This document shows positions 49,898 to 56,789 of a stretch of DNA of 56,841 nucleotides, piece by piece. The translations under genes and the position numbers were made by a program. Origin of the DNA: an uncultured Pirellulales bacterium. GTDB lineage: Bacteria > Planctomycetota > Phycisphaerae > Sedimentisphaerales > Anaerobacaceae. How positions within the stretch are numbered: position 1 is the stretch's first letter; each line of letters opens with the position of its first letter. The stretch is from NCBI GenBank assembly GCA_964397675.1, contig CAYNKI010000001.1, positions 1-56,841 on the forward strand, written 5' to 3'. The notes beneath the pieces were generated by a model, which ran no database searches, was not told the origin of the DNA, and was given only the letters and a program-made list of their open reading frames with translations.

Positions 49898-52108
49898 ATG
49901 GCAGGCTCTGTAAGGCCGAATTTAGTCCCAATGTCCAACGGGACCGATAATTTGCAAAAGCTAACAACTCCCCGCCTTCGCGGGGACAATCCCAATGATT
50001 CTATCGGGATTAATACACCTCTGGCCTCCCACAGCAATATTATTTTGGTTTTGGGCCTGGTGACAGTTCTTGCCACTCTCATAATTCCCCTGCCTACGCT
50101 ATTGATGGATATGCTTTTAGCCTGTAGTATCTCATTGGCGGTAGCCGTATTAATCATTACATTGTCATCAAAAGAGGCCCTCGATTTATCCACCTTCCCT
50201 TCGTTGCTTCTTTTCGTGACATTATTTCGCCTCTCTCTTAACGTGGCCTCGACCAGATTGATCCTTCTACAGGCCGATGCGGGGAAAATTATCCAGACTT
50301 TCGGTAGTTTCGTTGCCGGCGGCAGCCTTGTCGTCGGACTTGTAATTTTCTTAATTCTTGTTGTTATTCAGTTCATAGTAATCACAAAAGGTGCCGAGCG
50401 AATAAGCGAGGTATCTGCTCGCTTTACTCTCGATGCTATGCCCGGCAAGCAGATGGCCATCGATGCAGACCTAAACGCCGGCACTATTACCGAGGCCCAG
50501 GCTAACACACGCAGATCCAAAATTGTCAAAGAAAGCGAATTCTATGGTGCCATGGATGGTGCCAGCAAGTTCATTCGTGGAGATGCCAAAGCCGGGCTGA
50601 TAATTACCGCGGTCAATATAATTGGCGGCATGGCTATGGGCTATTCTCGAGGTATGACTGTTGCCAACGCTGTAAAAACTTATTCTATTCTATCCATCGG
50701 TGATGGCTTAGTCAGCCAGATACCATCGATAATCATCTCTGTCAGCTCAGGCTTTTTGGTGACCAAAATCTCATCGAGCCGGAGCGTCGGCCAGGACCTC
50801 TCCAAGCAGTTTCTTAAAACCAGTCAACCGTTGATGACAGCCGCTTTCGTCATTGGCTTGATGGCATTGGTGCCTGGTTTACCTAAGGTGCCTTTTATAC
50901 TTTTAGCCATCGGGACCGCTTTGATCGGACGAATGACTGCTCAATCCGAGAAGGACCGCAAGAAATCAATTACGCCTGTACCCCAAAAAGCTGAAAAAGA
51001 ACCAGTTGAACAACTCCTGGACGTCGATAGAGTTTCAGTGCGTGTCGGCGTGCGACTGATTAGCATGGTGGACCCTCGTAAAAATAATACCATCTTTGAG
51101 CGTATTGGGGCACTGCGCAGGGGTTTTGCGCACCAGCTTGGAATCATTATCCCATTAGTGCGTTTGCGGGACGATATCAATCTCGAGCCAAGCGTTTATG
51201 AGATTAGGCTCTCAGAGATACCAATAGCGAAGGGGCGGTTAGAACCCGATATGTATCTGGCGATGGATCCAGGCACCGTCCAAAACAAAGTAGCCGGTAT
51301 TGAAACTGCCGAACCTGTTTATGGATTACCCGCCCTCTGGATCACAAAAGATAACAAAGAAAAAGCAGAGTTAAATGGATATACCGTAATCGATCCTGAA
51401 TCCGTCTTTATTACACACCTGTCCGAAACTCTAAAAAAACACGTTGATGAATTGCTAACCCGTGAGGATGTGCAGCTTCTTGTAGATAGACTTCGCAAGG
51501 AACAACCTTCATTAGTTGGAGAAGTTGTTGGTGCTGATGGCCAAGTGCCTATTGGATTGCTTCAACGTGTGCTGAAAAACCTCTTAAAGGACGGAATCCC
51601 GATCCGTGAATTAACCATTATACTTGAATCGTTGTCGGAAAACGCTCCAAAAACTAAAAACATCGCTGCATTAACAGAGTTAGTTCGAAAATCCTTAAGC
51701 AGAACGATTACCGAGCAGTATAAAGACGAGACCGGTAAAATTTCGGCTATAACACTGGAGCCCTCATTCGAACATCATATAACTTCTATTTTGCGGCAGG
51801 AAGCAGACCACATTACCCTGGCCTTACCAACCGAGACGGCGATGCAGATAAGTAGAAAAATCGCACAAGCCTGGAAAGCAACGATGGACAACGGCAAAGA
51901 CAAAGTGGTTATGCTATGCGATTCGAGATTGCGCTCGCCCTTAGCGACCATGTTATCACGTACAGTGCCATTGCTGCCGGTTATAGCTTATGACGAAATC
52001 GTGCTTGGGACCGAAGTAGAACCCATAGAAACTATAACCGTTCAGCTCACTGAATCCACGGTGGCCAAAGAACAAGAGTTGGTCGGAGTTTTACCAGAAG
52101 TGAGCTAA
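49898..52108 (+). CDS. flhA: flagellar export apparatus protein FlhA
   Basis: ORF 49874..52108, with ATG 49898 preferred (GAAGGA 7 nt upstream). FHIPEP motifs (ERISEVSARFTLDAMPGKQMAIDADL). Large cytoplasmic C-terminal domain. Confidence 0.95.
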   Translation: MAGSVRPNLVPMSNGTDNLQKLTTPRLRGDNPNDSIGINTPLASHSNIILVLGLVTVLATLIIPLPTLLMDMLLACSISLAVAVLIITLSSKEALDLSTFPSLLLFVTLFRLSLNVASTRLILLQADAGKIIQTFGSFVAGGSLVVGLVIFLILVVIQFIVITKGAERISEVSARFTLDAMPGKQMAIDADLNAGTITEAQANTRRSKIVKESEFYGAMDGASKFIRGDAKAGLIITAVNIIGGMAMGYSRGMTVANAVKTYSILSIGDGLVSQIPSIIISVSSGFLVTKISSSRSVGQDLSKQFLKTSQPLMTAAFVIGLMALVPGLPKVPFILLAIGTALIGRMTAQSEKDRKKSITPVPQKAEKEPVEQLLDVDRVSVRVGVRLISMVDPRKNNTIFERIGALRRGFAHQLGIIIPLVRLRDDINLEPSVYEIRLSEIPIAKGRLEPDMYLAMDPGTVQNKVAGIETAEPVYGLPALWITKDNKEKAELNGYTVIDPESVFITHLSETLKKHVDELLTREDVQLLVDRLRKEQPSLVGEVVGADGQVPIGLLQRVLKNLLKDGIPIRELTIILESLSENAPKTKNIAALTELVRKSLSRTITEQYKDETGKISAITLEPSFEHHITSILRQEADHITLALPTETAMQISRKIAQAWKATMDNGKDKVVMLCDSRLRSPLATMLSRTVPLLPVIAYDEIVLGTEVEPIETITVQLTESTVAKEQELVGVLPEVS
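49926..49943. repeat. PAL-A, degenerate
   Basis: TCCCAATGTCCAACGGGA in the flhA N-terminus (PMSNGT). Confidence 0.55.
49968..49985. repeat. GC hairpin family 2
   Basis: TCCCCGCCTTCGCGGGGA in the flhA N-terminus (PRLRGD). Confidence 0.8.
49989..50008. repeat. PAL stem, degenerate, longer loop
   Basis: TCCCAATGATTCTATCGGGA in the flhA N-terminus (NPNDSIGI). Confidence 0.5.
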
Positions 52109-52123
52109 AGTGACTAAAGTTGT

Positions 52124-52151
52124 AAAAAATAATAAATAATAAATAATAAAT
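52124..52151. repeat. tandem heptads (AATAAAT x3 plus a variant)
   Basis: Intergenic after flhA. Confidence 0.8.
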
Positions 52152-52155
52152 TGTT

Positions 52156-52401
52156 ATGCCATTACACGCTCGTTCAATTGCGATCAGCAGTGCTGTGTTA
52201 TGCTTTTTCGGCTTGGGTTTTATTAGCTGGACCTGTGGCCTTTCGCCATTTACATGCTGTAGGCGGGCGCTGACAGGCGCGATAGTTGCCTATGTAGTAG
52301 TCAGCTTAGCTGTAAGGACAATAAATGCTATTTTGACCAATGCGATAATTACGAGCCATATGAACAAACAAAGGAACAAGGCTGGTGACAGTAAGAACTG
52401 A
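52156..52401 (+). CDS. small membrane protein, unknown function
   Basis: 81 aa with two predicted TM helices, between flhA and fliA. Confidence 0.35.
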   Translation: MPLHARSIAISSAVLCFFGLGFISWTCGLSPFTCCRRALTGAIVAYVVVSLAVRTINAILTNAIITSHMNKQRNKAGDSKN

Positions 52402-53299
52402 AAATACTCCTGTGAGCTCCCGTTCCACGAGGGCTGAGCGGCATACCACAGGACCAGAGTGGCAGCCTCAATCCCGATGTACTTCGGGATTGAGGATGGA
52501 CGATGGACGACAGACGACAGACGACGGATGTTGCAGCACAGAGCACCTAAAGGTCGTGGCGCTGCGCACATACGCAGGCCCAAAAAAATCCGCCACCGGC
52601 GGGCTTGACGATGAACAGATAGCCCAGTTTCTGCCATTGGTTCACAAAATAGCTCGCCGGGTGACGACATATCTTAAACCTCCTTTGCTATTTGAGGATT
52701 TGATCTCAGCAGGCACGATTGGATTGGTTAAAGCTGCACATGATTTCGATTCATCTCACCAGGCCAAATTTAAGACTTACGCTTATATTCGGATAAAAGG
52801 AGCCATTCTTGACGAGTTGAGAAGTTCATCTTTACTGCCTGCAAATCTTAATAAGCAGCTTCGAAACGCTCGTCGGCTTTGTCAAGAAATCACTGAGCGG
52901 ACAGGCATAGCGCCCAGTGATGAAGAGTTGGCTGAGAAACTTGGAATAACAGTTAATGAAGTTTATGCCCTGTTTGAGGTGGCACGCGCCCAGTATTTTG
53001 TCTCTATTGACGAGTTTACTGGGGAACAATCCTCCCTGGACCATTTCTTGGCAGCAACCAACACAGCCACTCCCGATAAACAGCTTGAACAAGCTGAGCT
53101 GGTAGATAAATTAACTGAGGCCATACGGCAGTTAGACCAGAGGCGACGGCAGATTATTTTGCTTTATTACCAACAAGGCCTAACGATGAAGCAGATAGCC
53201 GGCCTTTTGAAGGTTACCGAATCACGTATCAGCCAGCTGCACGTAAGTGCTATATTCAATTTATCTGTAAAATTGAGGAAATGGAAAGATGGCAGATAG
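52385..53299 (+). CDS. fliA: flagellar sigma factor FliA (sigma28)
   Basis: Region 2 (DLISAGTIGLVKAAHDFD...FKTYAYIRIKGAILDELR) and region 4.2 (LYYQQGLTMKQIAGLLKVTESRISQLH). The start is uncertain because the first ~55 codons are made of nested repeats. GTG 52385 and ATG ~52496 are both possible. Confidence 0.85.
   Translation: MTVRTENTPVSSRSTRAERHTTGPEWQPQSRCTSGLRMDDGRQTTDDGCCSTEHLKVVALRTYAGPKKSATGGLDDEQIAQFLPLVHKIARRVTTYLKPPLLFEDLISAGTIGLVKAAHDFDSSHQAKFKTYAYIRIKGAILDELRSSSLLPANLNKQLRNARRLCQEITERTGIAPSDEELAEKLGITVNEVYALFEVARAQYFVSIDEFTGEQSSLDHFLAATNTATPDKQLEQAELVDKLTEAIRQLDQRRRQIILLYYQQGLTMKQIAGLLKVTESRISQLHVSAIFNLSVKLRKWKDGR
52472..52489. repeat. PAL A/B hybrid nested in a longer stem (52466-52495)
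   Basis: CCTCAATCCCGATGTACTTCGGGATTGAGG in the fliA 5' region (RCTSG). Confidence 0.85.
52494..52530. repeat. tandem heptads (GGACGAT / GACGACA)
   Basis: In the fliA 5' region, immediately after the nested PAL. Confidence 0.75.
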
Positions 53300-53516
53300 C
53301 GATAACAACATAATAAAGCCGGTAGAAAGCTTGCACAATATCGCAGGTTTAACACCAGCAAAACGTCGCGAGGAAAGAAAACATCGGCAGAACCCACATG
53401 CTGAACATAGAGAAGAAGGTGAACAAGATGTGAACGAATCAGTAGACCAAGAGAACCATAACAATAAAATGAACAATGATGAAAATGATCAGCATTCTAT
53501 TGATTACTGCGCCTGA
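53289..53516 (+). CDS. small highly charged protein, unknown
   Basis: 75-aa hydrophilic, low-complexity ORF overlapping the fliA stop. Confidence 0.3.
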   Translation: MADSDNNIIKPVESLHNIAGLTPAKRREERKHRQNPHAEHREEGEQDVNESVDQENHNNKMNNDENDQHSIDYCA

Positions 53517-53537
53517 CTCAGAAAGGCTAAATAACAA

Positions 53538-53792
53538 ATGGATGAAGCGGTAGGACACATTCTAAAAAGTGAGGAGGTCAAGCTCGAAGGCCGAGTTCAA
53601 CTCGATGAGGTCCAGTCGCAGACCGCCAAAGGCGGACCAAAAGAGAGGAAAGAGGTCTCGGCCATAAAGCAGGTGAGCATCTTAGAAAACCACCCTGAAT
53701 TCGCCGTTATAGAGGTAACCTGCTGTTGTGGTGAGAGAATATATTTAAGGTGTGATTATGCTGGTCAAGAAAGTCAAAAAATTAAAGATTAA
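53538..53792 (+). CDS. small Cys-containing protein, unknown
   Basis: 84 aa with motif FAVIEVTCCCGERIYLRCDY. The last codons and the stop lie in the left arm of a composite repeat. Confidence 0.35.
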   Translation: MDEAVGHILKSEEVKLEGRVQLDEVQSQTAKGGPKERKEVSAIKQVSILENHPEFAVIEVTCCCGERIYLRCDYAGQESQKIKD

Positions 53793-53800
53793 AAATCAAA

Positions 53801-53818
53801 TCCCGATGTACATCGGGA
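53801..53818. repeat. PAL-A
   Basis: Perfect. Occupies the core of composite element 53770-53880. Confidence 0.95.
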
Positions 53819-53835
53819 CCCGAAGTGCTTCGGGA
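53818..53835. repeat. PAL-B, centre GTGC
   Basis: ACCCGAAGTGCTTCGGGA, abutting the PAL-A copy in the same composite core. Confidence 0.85.
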
Positions 53836-53902
53836 TGACTTCCTTAATTTTACATTTTGATATTTGATATTTAATTTTGGGAAAGATGATTGGAGAAAAA
53901 CA

Positions 53903-54505
53903 ATGAACGTCAATAAAAAAATTATACTTGTACTACCTTTACAACTGTTAATACTTCAGTTATCAAGCTGCTCGCCATCCCAAGGTCAGAGGGATATTAT
54001 TGCTTCAACCGAAACAATAAACCAACAGCAAAATAACTCTGTGGCAAAAAGATTTCAAGAACCTAAATCCCAGGGACAAACTGTGATAGAATCCGCCATC
54101 GAGTTGTCACAAAAGTACTCCCAGCTCTCCGAGCAGACAGCAACGCTACGAGGACAAAATCAGGACCTTACAAATGAGAACACCCAACTCAAAAAACAGT
54201 CAGCCGAACTCGATATTAAATTGAAGCAAACACAAAAGGAATTAACCGAGGCAAATGACCTTCTGATTGAAATGCGTATTGAGTTGAATAACTGGAAGAG
54301 CAATATCCTCGGTTATCGGGATGAAATGCGGGAGGCTGAATCAGCCCAATTGGAGGCCCTTCTTAAGATACTTAAATTTCTCGGTGCAGAGGACCCAACT
54401 GAATCAGCCCAGAGTGAGGATAAAGGCTCGCCTGCAGCATCAGCTGCAAAGTCAACCGAGCCTAAATCCCAGGAAAATTCAACTAAGGGTAAAACAAATG
54501 AATAA
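53903..54505 (+). CDS. coiled-coil lipoprotein
   Basis: ORF 53864..54505, with ATG 53903 preferred (GGAG upstream). Signal peptide with lipobox LSSC, followed by a long coiled coil. Confidence 0.55.
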   Translation: MNVNKKIILVLPLQLLILQLSSCSPSQGQRDIIASTETINQQQNNSVAKRFQEPKSQGQTVIESAIELSQKYSQLSEQTATLRGQNQDLTNENTQLKKQSAELDIKLKQTQKELTEANDLLIEMRIELNNWKSNILGYRDEMREAESAQLEALLKILKFLGAEDPTESAQSEDKGSPAASAAKSTEPKSQENSTKGKTNE

Positions 54506-54516
54506 TGTCGAAAAAC

Positions 54517-54598
54517 AATGCAAAAATCAAAAATTAAAAATCAAAATTGTGGTCTCGATGTACATCAGGATTGCATTTTGCATTTTGACTTTTGATCT
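54517..54598. repeat. composite A/T-heptad hairpin element with degenerate PAL-A as core
   Basis: CAAAAATCAAAAATTAAAAATCAAAATTGTGG - TCTCGATGTACATCAGGA - TTGCATTTTGCATTTTGACTTTTGAT. Confidence 0.8.
54553..54570. repeat. PAL-A, degenerate
   Basis: TCTCGATGTACATCAGGA in the core of composite element 54517-54598. Its ATG is the candidate lipoprotein start. Confidence 0.6.
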
Positions 54599-55196
54599 GT
54601 TTATTCTTATGTCAGGCTGCCGATTCTACACAGACTCTAAGCCGATGACCGATTGTTATTACCTTAATCCTGACAAACAATTGTCTACTATTGGCAGGGT
54701 TACTCTTATTGAGCTGGACAACTATTCCAGTTATCCGCAAATTTCCGCTGATGTAACCGAAGCACTTTTTCTGGCATTACAAAAAAAACATCTTTTTGGC
54801 TTAACTCATATCGAGCAGAATGACCCTGCGTGGCACAGTTTACAATTAGACTTAGAGACAACTTACAACCTTGAACAACTATTATCAATCCATAAGACAT
54901 TAAAATGCGATGCTGTATTGATTGGCACTGTAACCAAATATCAGCCCTATCCTCATATGGCCATCGGCCTACGCATGAGGCTTTTAGACCTGAAAGAAGG
55001 GCAATTACTATGGGCTTTGGAACAAGTTTGGGATAGCGCCGATAAAAATACCGAATCCCGGATAAAAGACTACTTCCAACATCATATGCGATCCGGCACT
55101 GCATCTTTGCGCGAACAGATAGTAGTTGTCAGCTCGCTTAAGTTTCTCAAATTTGTAGCTTATGAGGTTGCAGAAACATTACAACCCACAAGATAA
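54558..55196 (+). CDS. lipoprotein (TolB-N/LpoB/FlgO-like fold is only a guess)
   Basis: Distal part of ORF 54321..55196. MYIRIAFCILTFDLFILMSGC is a plausible lipoprotein signal peptide. The ATG lies in a degenerate PAL and the h-region lies in the repeat arm. ATG 54498 is an alternative start. Confidence 0.5.
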   Translation: MYIRIAFCILTFDLFILMSGCRFYTDSKPMTDCYYLNPDKQLSTIGRVTLIELDNYSSYPQISADVTEALFLALQKKHLFGLTHIEQNDPAWHSLQLDLETTYNLEQLLSIHKTLKCDAVLIGTVTKYQPYPHMAIGLRMRLLDLKEGQLLWALEQVWDSADKNTESRIKDYFQHHMRSGTASLREQIVVVSSLKFLKFVAYEVAETLQPTR

Positions 55197-55226
55197 AATG
55201 GTGAAAATAGGTTTTTCCGAAAACAA

Positions 55227-55242
55227 TCCCGATAAATCGGGA
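55227..55242. repeat. PAL stem with a different loop
   Basis: TCCCGATAAATCGGGA, intergenic upstream of the flgM-like gene. Confidence 0.7.
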
Positions 55243-55336
55243 CCAAGGCGGACAAAAATTCAGCAAAAAGCTTAAGTTTTGTAGAAAATGTGCGAAAAGG
55301 ATTATAGATTGAAGGTTTTGAAGGAATGTTTATGCA

Positions 55337-55612
55337 ATGATTGATAAAATATATATTAACCACTCCCAATGTACATCGGGATTGCAAAAATCGCCGTCCA
55401 AGCAGCCTGATTCTACCAAGATTCCCCCAAATAATAGCGCGGATGTGTCCTTGCAGGTCGATTATATCCGTTTAATTAACCAAGCAATACAAGTTCCTCA
55501 AACTGATACAGAAGCCGTCCAACGAGCGCAAGAATTGCTACGGTCCGGTAAGCTGGAAAGTCCGGAATATACTCGAAAAGCCGCAAAGAACATCATAACA
55601 TCCGGTATATAA
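55337..55612 (+). CDS. flgM: anti-sigma28 factor FlgM-like (tentative)
   Basis: 91 aa. The C-terminus AVQRAQELLRSGKLESPEYTRKAAKNII resembles the FlgM C-terminal helix pattern. AAGGAA RBS. A degenerate PAL-A reads QCTSG. Confidence 0.45.
   Translation: MIDKIYINHSQCTSGLQKSPSKQPDSTKIPPNNSADVSLQVDYIRLINQAIQVPQTDTEAVQRAQELLRSGKLESPEYTRKAAKNIITSGI
55364..55381. repeat. PAL-A, 1 mismatch
   Basis: TCCCAATGTACATCGGGA in the flgM-like gene (QCTSG). Confidence 0.8.
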
Positions 55613-55616
55613 AAGC

Positions 55617-55648
55617 CAAAGTGAGCTAAAGTGACACGAAGTGTCATT
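55617..55648. repeat. TAAAGTG-heptad element with small hairpin TGACAC-GAA-GTGTCA
   Basis: Lies after the flgM-like stop. Shares an exact 17-mer with 52098-52114. Confidence 0.7.
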
Positions 55649-55665
55649 GCGAGGAGCGCAGCGAC

Positions 55666-56133
55666 GTGCCAATCTCCTTACTAACGAACAAATTCAAAAA
55701 GCTTTGGAAATATTACTTCCTACAAAGCGCATTGGCCGCCGCTATCTTATCCGTCCTGGTTGTTATTCTGGGCAAGGAAAAAATAGTCTTGATCAGCACA
55801 ATGGGGGCGACAATTTTTATCTTATTTGCAATGCCCACGAATGTCTCCGCTAAAACAAGAAATGTTGTCGGTGGCCATCTCGTCGGCCTTGCCTCTGGAG
55901 CTATATTCTGTTTCATTATTCTACCCTATTTCCTTAGTTATCCCCTCGCAGTTGGAATCGCAATATTGCTTATGGTGGCTTTAGACTTTGAACATCCTCC
56001 AGCCGTGGGCACAACTTTGGCTGTTCTAATAAATGAGGTTTCTCTCGATGCCTTCATCACTATAATGTTAAGCGCGTTAGTACTGACCCAATGTCGATAT
56101 TACCTGAGACACTACTTAAAGGATCTGGTATAG
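55666..56133 (+). CDS. HPP-family membrane protein
   Basis: Four TM segments and a literal HPP motif (DFEHPPAVGTTLAVL). Confidence 0.7.
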   Translation: MPISLLTNKFKKLWKYYFLQSALAAAILSVLVVILGKEKIVLISTMGATIFILFAMPTNVSAKTRNVVGGHLVGLASGAIFCFIILPYFLSYPLAVGIAILLMVALDFEHPPAVGTTLAVLINEVSLDAFITIMLSALVLTQCRYYLRHYLKDLV

Positions 56134-56181
56134 ATTGTTCTGCTCTACTTAGGGCCCAGTCGTAAATAACAAGCTTGAGCC

Positions 56182-56430
56182 TCAAACGTAACAATCAAGA
56201 ATCTGTCCCATCATTCGATTATCAAGAGCCGCTTTTGAGATGTCTAATGAACGCGTATAGGTGGCCGAATTGCTGATAGGCTTGACATCCCGAAGTACTT
56301 CGGGATTCACAACGACAGCACAATCTCTGCGGTAGCATTTATTTTTGGGCTGACCTAAATACATTGACGGATTGGTGGCTTTTGTAAAAGGAAAAGAATT
56401 GATAACTTTACATGAGATCCGCTTCGTCAT
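56182..56430 (-). CDS. hypothetical protein (weak call)
   Basis: 82-aa ORF with no motif. Contains PAL-B read as PEVLRD. Confidence 0.2.
   Translation of the reverse strand: MTKRISCKVINSFPFTKATNPSMYLGQPKNKCYRRDCAVVVNPEVLRDVKPISNSATYTRSLDISKAALDNRMMGQILDCYV
56288..56305. repeat. PAL-B
   Basis: Perfect, in the weak ORF 56182..56430 (PEVLRD). Confidence 0.95.
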
Positions 56431-56582
56431 TCAACTAACCCCCCAATCGACATAATATTATGTTAGCAAATTCCGAACACTAAATCAAGTAAAATTTTGT
56501 TATCCTATTTCAAAAAACTAACGTTTGTTTCGCTTAGATTGGTATTGTCTGTCATAAAGTGATATTATAGGTCAAAAGAGGT

Positions 56583-56789
56583 TTGCCGATGCAGATTATT
56601 GCCAAATGTCCGAACTGTAGCAGCAACTGGATTTTAGATAGTAGTACAGCAGACAAAAGAGTAAAGTGTCGAAAGTGTGGCAGGCTATTTAAAGTCCCAG
56701 AGCTTGCCAAGGTGTCAAAGGCAGTTAAAGTCATAAAACAAGCAAAAGGTACGATTTATGTGGATGAAGCCGGCAAAACCTATGGCTAA
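56583..56789 (+). CDS. zinc-ribbon protein
   Basis: CPNCSSNW...CRKCGRLFKVP forms two CxxC pairs, consistent with an MJ0042-type zinc finger. Confidence 0.5.
   Translation: MPMQIIAKCPNCSSNWILDSSTADKRVKCRKCGRLFKVPELAKVSKAVKVIKQAKGTIYVDEAGKTYG

Larger units (their letters stand above)
53770..53880. repeat. composite A/T-heptad hairpin element with PAL-A+PAL-B as core
   Basis: Same arms as the other copies, but the GC core is replaced by the two palindromes at 53801-53835. Confidence 0.85.

Noticed and set aside
54321-54557. The N-terminal 79 codons of track ORF 54321..55196 might be coding.
   Set aside because: They overlap the 3' end of the coiled-coil lipoprotein gene in another frame. The plausible signal peptide starts at 54558 (or 54498).
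55273-55298. TAAGTTTT-N-...CGAAAA might be a sigma28 promoter upstream of the flgM-like gene.
   Set aside because: The -10 region matches only about 5/8, the spacing is one nt short, and there is no independent support.
108-56305. The recurring hexapeptides PDVHRD, PMYIGT, RCTSG, PEVLRD, PKYFGT and RSTSG might be a functional protein motif shared by flagellar proteins.
   Set aside because: The same 18-nt DNA occurs in all three frames, on both strands and in intergenic DNA. Conservation is therefore at the nucleotide level.
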